A stretch of DNA of 42,459 bases. It comes from Nitrospinota bacterium. GTDB lineage: Bacteria > Nitrospinota_A > UBA7883 > JBLYYQ01. Positions 26,604 through 36,200 of this stretch are shown here, piece by piece (positions within the stretch are counted from its first letter, which is position 1; every line of letters begins with the position of its first letter). The notes under the pieces are model-generated. The model saw only the letters and a list, made by a program, of their open reading frames with translations, was not told where the DNA came from and made no database searches. Position numbers and translations under genes: made by a program. The stretch spans positions 1 through 42,459 of the forward strand of contig JBLYYQ010000011.1 in assembly GCA_048550035.1 (NCBI GenBank), given 5' to 3'.

Positions 26604-26840
26604 CGTAAACAACGACTTACGAATCAAACTATAATAATTCTAGTTACTCTATCTAATCTCGATTTAATGCAAAGCTGAGCTATTGATTTCTAATCACTAA
26701 TAGTTCATTTTTGCAACGTTAAGTAAGTGTAGTCATAATAATTACCTCTATCTATTCTCTTAAAAAAATAAAAAGAAAATTTTGTAAAAAAGTCAATTTT
26801 TTTTGCAACTAGACCTATATTAACACTGTCTCCATCCCCA

Positions 26841-27362
26841 TTGAAGTTGTGTGTGGAAGTGAAGTTATTAAAGAGAAAATCAAGTGAGAAGCAAACTAGA
26901 AGTAAGTTAGCAGCCAGTATAAGTCGCAGTTCAGACAAGTCTGGTTTTACATTAATTGAAGCGCTATTTTCGATGGTAGTGTTATCTATTGGAATGATGG
27001 GAGCAATGTCATTACAGGCAAGTTCACTATCAGGAGCTAGGTATACAACTGGGTTAGGAAACTGTACGAATATGGCAAGTAATACATTAGATCGGGTCAT
27101 AGCAAATCAAGAGATGATAGCTGAGTATGACGGTCTGGAGATCAAAGAAGCTGGAGGCAATAGTGGATCTAGCGATCCTGTAGTAGATTTGGATATTGAT
27201 AGTATAGCAGCGGAAATGACTGTAAATGGTTTTGGAGGAGGTATTGTCGCAATTAATACTACGAGTAATACGCCATCTTCAGAACTAACTACAGTTGACA
27301 TAACGATTACATGGAAACATAAGGGTTCAGATCGGACATGTACAGGTCAAGCAATAATATAA
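26841..27362 (+). CDS. pilV: Type IV pilus minor pilin, PilV-like (prepilin-type N-terminal cleavage/methylation motif)
   Basis: KSG|FTLIEALFSMVVLSIGMMGAM is a class III signal motif followed by a hydrophobic helix. The small size fits, and a PilW-like gene follows. The start codon is ambiguous (TTG 26841, GTG 26853 or GTG 26859; no ATG, no clear SD). Confidence 0.72.
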   Translation: MKLCVEVKLLKRKSSEKQTRSKLAASISRSSDKSGFTLIEALFSMVVLSIGMMGAMSLQASSLSGARYTTGLGNCTNMASNTLDRVIANQEMIAEYDGLEIKEAGGNSGSSDPVVDLDIDSIAAEMTVNGFGGGIVAINTTSNTPSSELTTVDITITWKHKGSDRTCTGQAII

Positions 27363-28453
27363 TTCGAGTGGGTAGTGGTGGTTTTACTCTACTAGAGCTC
27401 CTAGTTACGATAGTGATTGGTGCGATTATTTTAGGAGGAGTCGCAGCAGTCTTTACCAGCAATCGTGATGCGCAGACACTGTTCAAGCGGATGCAAGAGA
27501 CCGAGGAGAATAATCGTATTGCAATAAACTTTATGTCAAGAGATATTAGGATGAGTGAAACTGCACCAATCCTAGCATTAGATAACCTTAGAGCGGGGGG
27601 TGCATACAGTAGTGCAGTAAGTAGTTTATCGGCCAAAGACGGGACCGATATTGTCAGACTATTTGTGCCTCAGCTAGCAGAAGGTCAATCAATAATTCAG
27701 CCAGGCAGCCGTAGTTCTAGTTCTTGTGAAAGCGAGTATGCACATAATGCAACTGCGCTAGTTGGCTATGTAAATCTTCCTGCTGCAAAATTCCAAGGAG
27801 TCCAGAATCTGAGCAGTGCAAACTTAGACCTGCTCACGGATAGTCAGGTTCATTTTTATATTTGCGAGAATCCCACTTTAAACTGTATTTTAAATATCAG
27901 TGAAGTCAGCTTAGCAGGGACTGGCAACTGCTTAGTTCGTATTGGAGTGGACCGAACAGCTACAGCAGATGTTGCAAATCAGAATATAGACTGTAGTCAG
28001 TTAAATACCGAGTTTGATGCCGGAGCAGCTGTATGCGCATCAGTGGGTAAAAGCTATTATTATTATATTCGTGAAGGTGAAAAAGGACTAACGGATGCTT
28101 ACTCATCACAACTTGTAAGAGCTAGTGGTGGGAATGTTGAGGTAATTGCCAATAACCTAGCTGATATGCAATTTAGCTATGGAATTGATAACGATGGGGA
28201 CGATAGAGTAGATATCTGGTCGAATGTTCATGCAGATGCAAGCGATAGCGATCTTGAAGGAGGATCAGTTGATATTCAGATGATAAATGTTCAGCTATTG
28301 CTAGAGAGTAAAGCAGGTGCTAGAGCAGGAGATGTAGCGAAGGTTTCTCCAGTGCTCGCAAATTCAAGCGCAGACTTAGGTAGCCCAGCAGAGACAAAGG
28401 GAAAGTATTACCGGACAATTTCTCGTTCCGTAAAAATTCGTAATCCAAATTAA
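27338..28453 (+). CDS. pilW: Type IV pilus minor pilin, PilW-like
   Basis: GSGG|FTLLELLVTIVIGAIILGGVAAVF followed by NNRIAINFMSRDIRMSE, a PilW-type block, over 371 aa. An alternative GTG start at 27368 would give a 5-aa leader and remove the overlap with pilV. Confidence 0.72.
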   Translation: MYRSSNNIIRVGSGGFTLLELLVTIVIGAIILGGVAAVFTSNRDAQTLFKRMQETEENNRIAINFMSRDIRMSETAPILALDNLRAGGAYSSAVSSLSAKDGTDIVRLFVPQLAEGQSIIQPGSRSSSSCESEYAHNATALVGYVNLPAAKFQGVQNLSSANLDLLTDSQVHFYICENPTLNCILNISEVSLAGTGNCLVRIGVDRTATADVANQNIDCSQLNTEFDAGAAVCASVGKSYYYYIREGEKGLTDAYSSQLVRASGGNVEVIANNLADMQFSYGIDNDGDDRVDIWSNVHADASDSDLEGGSVDIQMINVQLLLESKAGARAGDVAKVSPVLANSSADLGSPAETKGKYYRTISRSVKIRNPN

Positions 28454-28470
28454 AAACAAGAGGGACAAGA

Positions 28471-29172
28471 ATGTTGCTAATAGGAGTTAAAAATAAAAAA
28501 GGGGTAATTTTATTTATCAGTTTAGGAGTAATAGCAATCATAAGTATGTTTGCACTCTTATCGTCAACAGGGCTCCTATCTGAACAGAAAATGGCAGGTA
28601 ATACGAAGCGTTATGTAGAGGTTTTTTATAATGCAGAATCTGGGTTAAAACATGTTGCTAAGGAATTAGGGGAAAAGTATGGAGAGTTTAATTCAAGAGG
28701 AACAAGCGGTAGCTGGTCATTTGCCTTAGATGGTTCCACATTTACAGAGGTATCAAGTAGTGTTTATTGCGAAGGGTGCTTAGATGGTAGTGCTAGTTTA
28801 GCTTCTGGTGATTGGCTAGATAATGGAGTTGAAGTGTTAAGCGAAAGTACAACAAAAAATAATGTTACTTACACATATACTGTACACATTTGGGACAATG
28901 ATGAAAGCAGTGAGACAGGAATAGGATGTCCGGATCTTGACCCTAGCTTTGATTGTGACGGCCTTATAATCGCTAGGTCAGAGTCGGTGGCGCAGATTAA
29001 TTCAGAAGTGATAGCAAGATCAGTACAAGAAACGACACTATTGGGGCAGGTTTCAGGATTGAGCATTATTAATACCACACCACAAGCAGGCGGCGGAGGA
29101 GGCAAAGGGAGTGAATCAAGTGATGTTGCAGATATCAGCACAGTATCAGGTAGTGGCGTAGTCATTAACTAA
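28471..29172 (+). CDS. pilX: PilX-like minor pilin / pilus assembly protein
   Basis: KKGVILFISLGVIAIISMFALLSSTGLLSEQKMAGN...FYNAESGL resembles the PilX N-terminal domain: a hydrophobic helix without the Glu5 motif, then the conserved AExG block. It lies between the pilW-like and pilY1-like genes. Confidence 0.6.
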   Translation: MLLIGVKNKKGVILFISLGVIAIISMFALLSSTGLLSEQKMAGNTKRYVEVFYNAESGLKHVAKELGEKYGEFNSRGTSGSWSFALDGSTFTEVSSSVYCEGCLDGSASLASGDWLDNGVEVLSESTTKNNVTYTYTVHIWDNDESSETGIGCPDLDPSFDCDGLIIARSESVAQINSEVIARSVQETTLLGQVSGLSIINTTPQAGGGGGKGSESSDVADISTVSGSGVVIN

Positions 29173-29187
29173 GGTGAAATATTATTT

Positions 29188-32100
29188 ATGAATATATTAA
29201 AATTGTATCGATCAACACTTTCCATAACATTTAGTCTAGTTGCAATCTTAATAATTAGTGGATCTGTTTATAGTACAGAGATGGCATATGGTGCAGATAC
29301 GGATGGTGCCACTGGTTGCGTGGTGGGTGGTTCTTATATAAGTAGCAGTGGTGGCTTTGTATCGTCTGATATTGATCTAAACACAGCGGAAATAGACTCT
29401 AGTTCCGGTAGCATAAAATTGGCAACAGGCGCAGCAGCAGTTGACTTGCAAGAGCTTGTACTACCATTTCGTCAAGCTGTAAATATGTATTTTATCTATG
29501 AAGGTGCCTCTCAGGCTGGAGCGCTTGGCTGGTATCTAGTAAATTTAGCAGAGATCTGTATGAAAGGTGCCTTTGGGTCGAGTTATGAGTTACCAACAGA
29601 AGCTAATCCTGGGACGGGAATTACATTTAGAGAATTTTATTTAGCTCACCAGTGGTGTATGAATGAGCCGACAATTGCCCAACCATTGATTAACTGGGTC
29701 TTCCCTGCGATCGATGATTATGGGGGTGAAGGAGGTGTCTTTGATGGTCAGATTTCTAATACAATATGGAGTTATGATCCAGACGAAGTGCCAAACAATC
29801 CATTGGGTAGATCAATAAATTTTCACGAGATATCACATAGGGAAGCATCAACTGAAGAAGAGTATGCTGCAATGGGAATGAATGTAAACAATGACGGGAT
29901 ACTAAACATCTTAGATTCAATGGTAAAGCTTCCAGAGTTTGAAGCAGGGACTGAGATTGGATTTTTGTACTCATTAGCAGTAAAAGATAAGTATACCTTT
30001 TTTTCAAAGCCGTTTTGGGATCATCCTAGCTCTGCAACATTTCGAAGTGCAGCTATTCTTGAATGCCCGGCAGCAGATGTGCCAAGTCTATCATGTAAAA
30101 TGAAAGATGTATTAAAGAATCGCAGCTGTGCTTCAGGTAACCCTAGTGAGAGTGTGAAGATAAATTTTAATTTAGAATGGGAACCACTTGAAGATATGAC
30201 ATCAAACAAATGTTCTAGGTTGAAGTGGTTGTACAATGATGCAGATAGTTGGGATATAAATGATCCAAACAGGCATGATAATATCCCGCTATTTACCCAA
30301 GGACTAATAACAGATAGTGCTAGAGATAGATTAACAGATTTCTATTCATTAGATTTTACAGGTTTATCGACCGAGGCAATCCTCCAAAAAGATACTCGAT
30401 ATAATCATTTTATAAGTGTTGCGCCACCGGCAGACAAGTTTCGATGGATTATTGGCTTAGAGAATCAGCCAGAGGGTGGAGATGCTGATTTTAATGATGC
30501 AATATTTTTGATCGAAAAGATAAGTGGAGGTGCTGTAGAGTTAAAAGAAGAGAGTCGAATCTCACCTTCTGATCCTGATGCATATATAACTGCAGTAAAA
30601 TTATCAGTAAGTGATACCATGCCGTGCGATGGCAAGACAAAAATCGAATATATGCTTTCTATCAATAATGGTCTCGATTGGGTTACAATTGGTAAAAATG
30701 ATTGGAATGTAGTAAAAAATTCTAGTGGCAATATAGTAGACGATTGGGAATATGGATTTCCATCTAAAACAACAAGAGAAGTAACAATAAACTTTTTAGA
30801 GAATGGTCTGGTTGGCCGTGAGTTACGCTGGAAATCTCTACTGAGTTCTCGTGACGATTTATGTCAGCCGGAAATTGGATATATAGACTTAGGTTATAGT
30901 GCAGCCAAGAATAGTGAGTTTTCTCGTTCATCAGTGACATTGCTAAGTAATGTATCATACTCGGCTACCTTTGAGACCCCTGCAGTAGACTGGATTGATC
31001 GTGATCTTAGAGGGCACCTATATTCAGAAGAACTATATAAACCAGAAAATGCACGTGCAGATACTGGCTATGATGTTAGTCAGAATTGGGACGCAGCTGT
31101 TTCGTTAAATAGTCAAGGTCCGTCAGTCCGTAAGATAATCACACCTAAGTTAAATGTTTTTGAATATAGGGATATATTAGCAAGAGGAGATGGAACAGGT
31201 ACCTCATTTACAAATCTTCAATTAACAAAAGATCCGATAGTTCATTCTTCATTAGTTATTACAGATGGTGTTGAAACTTTCTATGATAGTGGAACCTATG
31301 CGTTAACAGGGTCTTTAGGTGGAGAGGGAAGATTCAATCGTTATACAGGTGAGATTGATCAGATTACATTTCAAACAGCTCCATCTGCGAATGTTGAAAT
31401 TGTAGCAATCTATTCATACTATACATCGTCTTCAGATATGTTGAATATAGATAGTACAGATATCAATAATGAAACATTAGGGATAACAGATCAGATAATT
31501 TTTAATTCAGAAGGTAGACACTTTGTTCATGATTACAATAATGATAATGCGATAACAGAAGCGGATAGCAACTGGGTTAAGAACTGGATTCGTGGATATA
31601 GGAATGGGTCAGAGCGGAATCAATCAAAGGAATGGTTACTAGCAGCAGTTGATCACTCTACCCCAGCACTTGTAGGGGCACCTGCGATTCATTCTTGGTA
31701 TTACGGCAGTAGCGTAGAGAGTCAGATAAGAGATTCATTTGATCTATTCATGTGCCAGCAACGTAACCGTGAAACCAAAGTCTATGTAGGTTCAAAAATT
31801 GGGATGATTCATTCGTTTAACGCAGGCAAGTTTAGACCATTTCATGTCAATGAATCATTACTTCCTCACTCAAATCAATGTTCAAACTTAGGATTATTTA
31901 AGAATTCAATTAACGCAGTAGTTAAAGCCGATCCGCTAACAAATGATAACTATCCTGTTTATAGTCCAGAGCCTGGAGTCGATATTTATATTAATCGTGG
32001 CTATTATGAATGGACAGGTGGAGAACCTGACTATGGTGATGGTAAGGAGAGTTGGGCAATTATTCCAAACGATCAACTCCCAAAATTAAAGAATCATCTC

Positions 32101-33222
32101 AGTCATGAATCTGACAAATCGTTTGTCGATGCGTCAGTCTCTGTTGCATATGTCCAGTTCAAAGATAAGAGCTGGCATGCAGTATTAATAACTGCAGAAG
32201 GCAATGGTGGTGATACAGTTTTAGCTATAGATATTACCGACCCTGACGATCCAAAATTTTTATGGGAATATGGTGATCCGGAGCTATTTAAATCACGCTC
32301 ATCGCCATCAATGGGTACAGTGGGACGCATATCTGCAGGCGATAGTACAGGTAGATGGGTAGTCTTTTTTGTCTCTGGTGTTAGCTTAGGGGCAGATATT
32401 TACCCTTCAATCTATACACTTGATATTGAAACTGGTGAATTAGTAAAGAAAATTTATCTAGATGGTGAGTCGAACGGAAAAGGTGGAACACCCTCAGGTC
32501 AGCCTGTAATAATAGATTCAGATGGTAACGGTTATGTTGATAAACTATTTGTAGGGAGTGATAAAGGTTATATCTACAAGGTGATCTTACCGGACAATCC
32601 TAATAGGGTGGGTGCAATTGAGTCATGTTCTCAAGCATTTTATAATGCAGGACAACCAATATATGCGACTCCAACTGTTGTAGTCCGTGATCATAATAGA
32701 GGAGGCAATGTAATTACCACTCCGATTGTGCTTTTTGGTACTTCAGACAGTCCGTATCATGAAGATTCATTAGGGAACAGTGAGAATTATAAAATTTTAT
32801 CAGTGGCAGGTCATGAATCAACAAGCTCCTGTGAAGCTGGCGAGCTTTTGTGGGAAGAGGAGCTAGAGGATGGACATAAGGTCTTTGCCTCTGCATTTGC
32901 ATCGGCTAGCAAAATTTACTTTGGGACAACTGTCAGAGAGACAGAAGATCCTTGTTCTTCTAGCAATGCAGCAGCTGGTGAAAGTGGTGATATCTTAATC
33001 ATTGATATTGTTAACGGTCCGTCAGGGGCTGATGGCTATAAGGAAGTAATCAATAATGTCGGGGATATAGTTTCTGCACCAACAGTTGAGGATGAACATC
33101 TTTATGTAAAAAATATTAAAGGTGAGCTTACAGGTTATGGTGGTAGCAATTTTCAAAATAGCACCCAGTCAGGTGGCAGTATAGTTGCGATACCTGGCAC
33201 ATGGCGCGAGATAAATAAATAG
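29188..33222 (+). CDS. pilY1: PilY1/PilC-family tip adhesin, paralog A (1344 aa): signal peptide, DUF4114-like N-module, Cys-stapled middle module, C-terminal PilY1 beta-propeller
   Basis: PilY1 C-domain blocks: RGHLYSEELY, VDHSTPALVGAP, VYVGSKIGMIHSFNAGKF, ESWAIIPNDQLPKLKN, WHAVLITAEGNGGDTVLAIDITDPDDPKFLWEY, and the Ca-loop DSDGNGYVD followed by KLFVGSDKGYIYKV. The N-module ends in GGDADFNDAIF. Confidence 0.85.
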   Translation: MNILKLYRSTLSITFSLVAILIISGSVYSTEMAYGADTDGATGCVVGGSYISSSGGFVSSDIDLNTAEIDSSSGSIKLATGAAAVDLQELVLPFRQAVNMYFIYEGASQAGALGWYLVNLAEICMKGAFGSSYELPTEANPGTGITFREFYLAHQWCMNEPTIAQPLINWVFPAIDDYGGEGGVFDGQISNTIWSYDPDEVPNNPLGRSINFHEISHREASTEEEYAAMGMNVNNDGILNILDSMVKLPEFEAGTEIGFLYSLAVKDKYTFFSKPFWDHPSSATFRSAAILECPAADVPSLSCKMKDVLKNRSCASGNPSESVKINFNLEWEPLEDMTSNKCSRLKWLYNDADSWDINDPNRHDNIPLFTQGLITDSARDRLTDFYSLDFTGLSTEAILQKDTRYNHFISVAPPADKFRWIIGLENQPEGGDADFNDAIFLIEKISGGAVELKEESRISPSDPDAYITAVKLSVSDTMPCDGKTKIEYMLSINNGLDWVTIGKNDWNVVKNSSGNIVDDWEYGFPSKTTREVTINFLENGLVGRELRWKSLLSSRDDLCQPEIGYIDLGYSAAKNSEFSRSSVTLLSNVSYSATFETPAVDWIDRDLRGHLYSEELYKPENARADTGYDVSQNWDAAVSLNSQGPSVRKIITPKLNVFEYRDILARGDGTGTSFTNLQLTKDPIVHSSLVITDGVETFYDSGTYALTGSLGGEGRFNRYTGEIDQITFQTAPSANVEIVAIYSYYTSSSDMLNIDSTDINNETLGITDQIIFNSEGRHFVHDYNNDNAITEADSNWVKNWIRGYRNGSERNQSKEWLLAAVDHSTPALVGAPAIHSWYYGSSVESQIRDSFDLFMCQQRNRETKVYVGSKIGMIHSFNAGKFRPFHVNESLLPHSNQCSNLGLFKNSINAVVKADPLTNDNYPVYSPEPGVDIYINRGYYEWTGGEPDYGDGKESWAIIPNDQLPKLKNHLSHESDKSFVDASVSVAYVQFKDKSWHAVLITAEGNGGDTVLAIDITDPDDPKFLWEYGDPELFKSRSSPSMGTVGRISAGDSTGRWVVFFVSGVSLGADIYPSIYTLDIETGELVKKIYLDGESNGKGGTPSGQPVIIDSDGNGYVDKLFVGSDKGYIYKVILPDNPNRVGAIESCSQAFYNAGQPIYATPTVVVRDHNRGGNVITTPIVLFGTSDSPYHEDSLGNSENYKILSVAGHESTSSCEAGELLWEEELEDGHKVFASAFASASKIYFGTTVRETEDPCSSSNAAAGESGDILIIDIVNGPSGADGYKEVINNVGDIVSAPTVEDEHLYVKNIKGELTGYGGSNFQNSTQSGGSIVAIPGTWREINK

Positions 33223-33245
33223 TGCAAATTTTTGGAGGTAGTTTT

Positions 33246-36200
33246 ATGATTTCAAACAGAATAAGGGGTAGCTATTTACAATTAGTGCCAATATTAGCTT
33301 TGAGTTTATTACTATTAACAGATTGGCGAACAGATTCGAATGCAGCAAGTCTGGGTCAATTAGCAGGTTGCGCAGAAGGCGGCTCTTATTCTACAGGCAG
33401 TGAAGGCTTTGATCTAGAAGATTATGATCTCGCTAGCATTGCAGTAAGCGATTCAGGCAAACTTGTGTTGGAGACCGGTTTAGATGCTATTGATGCGAGT
33501 AATATAATATTCCCATTCAGGCAATCTGCTAGTATAAGTTTTATTTCAGAAGGCGCTGGTGCAATAGGAGCATTAGGATGGCTCAATGTCGGAATGGCCG
33601 ATCAATGTATGAAAGGCCGATTTGGTTCTAGCTATACTTTACCTTCTGCTACTAATCAAACGGGAATATCATTTAGGGATCTATATCTTGCACATCAATG
33701 GTGCTTAAGTGAGCCAACAATCGCACAACCGTTAATCAACTGGATATTCCCATATATCGATGACGAGGATAGCAATGGTATTATTGATAAACAATATACT
33801 GTTAATAATTGGCAATACAACCCAGGGGGAACTCAACCGTCAGCAGGTCGTCAAATAACATTTAGCCGAAATAATAACAGAGAGGCTACAACAGAAACTT
33901 CTTATGCAAATAATGCGAATATGGATCCAAATTTCGATGGCAATTTAGATATTCTAGACTCTCGAGTAATATTACCGGAGTTCCAAGCAGGGACTGAGGT
34001 AGTATTTTTCTATGCACTAAAGAGAAAAGATAAACATCTCTATTTTTCTAAAGACTATTGGGACCTTATAGACAGTTCCACCCTTACAGGTGGTGGCACA
34101 ACTGTCTGTCCCTCAGATGATGCCCCAAGTATATCTTGTTCGTTACGTAAGATATTGGAGGATGACAGAAGTGGTTCCTCACCTTGTAATCCTAATCCAA
34201 GTCAAAGCGTATATTATAACTTTGATCTTGCAGTATCAGCACTTGAGAGGACAACAAGTTCTGCCTGCACCCTTATTAGTTGGAATTATAATAATGCAGA
34301 TCAGTGGGATTCAAGTTCGAGCTTAAGAGATCAATATATACCTCAATTCACTTACGGTCTTATAGATAATGGGTCGCGTCAAAATCTACTAAATTTTCAT
34401 GGGATATCTTTCACAGGAACTACTTCCCAAAAAAAGTTTACTTACAATAATAGGTTTAATCATTATGTAAGCGTTGCTCCACCAGCAGATCAGTATAGAT
34501 GGTTGCTTGGGCTTGAAGATTTACCTGGAGGTGGCGATTTTGATTTTAATGATGTTGTTTTTATGATTGAAAAAAAGACAGGTGGTACTGTAAACCTAAA
34601 ATCAACTAAAGCACTTACTCCTGATGAAGAAGATGCCTTTATTATTTCAGCGACAATTAAGGTTGCAGATACTATGCCATGCTCTGGGGAGACAGTGATT
34701 GATTATTTTGTCTCAGTAGACAATGGTGGAAATTGGGTAAAGATTAATCGAGATGATTGGGCAACAATTGAAACACCGTCGTCTCGTGAAGTGACAGATT
34801 GGGACTACGGTTCACCAGAAAAGACTGTTCGAGAGGTGACTCTAAACTTTATAGATCTAGGAATAGGAGGTCAAGAGCTAGTATGGAAAGCAGACCTACT
34901 TTCTCAGGACCAAGAGTGTATCCCGACCATTGATGAACTGGATATTGATTTTGAAGCGGCAAAAAGTCATGAGTTTTCTAGATCATCGCCAACAGTGTTA
35001 GCCAATGTAGTCTATACGACATCATATGAGACACCAAATGTCGCTTGGGATGAATTTACCACACGAGGACACCTCTATTCAACTGAGCTATATTCACCAG
35101 AAAATGCAAGAGAAGAAGATTCTAGCACTAATGTTCAAAACTGGGATGCCGGACTCTTATTAAACTCTACAGCGTTAACTCAACGAAAAGTATTAACTCC
35201 AGATATTAATGTTAAAGCGTTTACTGAAGTGCTAGGTAGAGGAAGGGATGCTACAGATGGATTGTTTAACTTTACACTCTCTAAAAAGCCTATTGTTTTT
35301 GGAAGTGTCACTATTACTGATGGTCGCGAGATATTTACCGATTCAAGAACAAGTGACCTAGTTGGCAACTTAGGTGGAACTGGCAAAATAGATCGTCATA
35401 CTGGTGCCATTACAGAGTTAAGCTTTAACAGCACTGTTGCTAACAACAGGAAAATTCGTGCCACCTATTCTTACTACAAGACTAGCCCAGATATGGTAAA
35501 CCTAAGTAGTAGCGATATCAATAATAAGAAGCTAGGGATTGATGATAGTTCAATTATAACTTCTAGGGGGAGAATGTTTCTGGATGATTATAATAATGAT
35601 AACCAGATTACCGAAGATGATGCTAGCTGGGTAAAGAAGTGGATAACAGGTTATAAGAATGGCATAGATAGTAGGAAGGAATGGATTTTACCTTCCATTG
35701 ACCATTCGACTCCAGCAGTGGTTGGAGCTCCTGCTATTCATAGCTGGTATTATGGTTTTGATGTCTCATCTGATGTACGGAGTAGTTATGATACTTTTAT
35801 GTGCGAGCAGCGTGAGCGGGCAACAAGGGTCTATGCAGGCTCAAAGATAGGAATGATTCACTCTTTTGAAGCTGGTAAGTTTAGAGCTTATCATATCGAT
35901 GAATCAATGCTTCCTAGAAGCAATAAATGTTCTAATAATAATACTTATAAAAAAGCTATTAATACAAAGGTAGCTTTGGATCCTATAAGTAATGATCTTT
36001 ATCCAGTCTACAAACCCAATAATAGTGATACGGTTTTTATTAATCGTGGTTATTATGAATGGACAGATGGAAACCCAGATTATGGGACAGGTAAAGAGTC
36101 TTGGGCTGTAGTTCCTAACGATTTACTTCCACGCTTAAAAAATCATATTAATGGAAGTGAAGATTTTTCAGAAGTTGATGCATCACCATCTGTAGTTTTT

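Noticed and set aside
26604-26840. Possible sigma54 promoter or other regulatory element in the 237-nt dnaN-pilV spacer (two TTGCA motifs, long A/T runs)
   Set aside because: Neither TTGCA has the required GG about 10 nt upstream (the TGGCAC-N5-TTGCA pattern). I could not find a convincing -35/-10 pair either, so I left it unannotated.
26705-27100. 131-aa minus-strand ORF overlapping the dnaN-pilV spacer and the 5' half of the pilV-like gene
   Set aside because: It is antisense to a gene with a clear prepilin motif. It has low-complexity, AT-codon-driven composition and no motif or RBS, so it is probably a shadow ORF.
27107-29165. Minus-strand ORFs 27107..27301, 27307..27636, 28320..28541 and 28869..29165 inside the pilV/W/X-like genes
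   Set aside because: They are antisense to genes with prepilin motifs and show proline/serine-rich, reverse-complement-type composition. I treat them as shadows.
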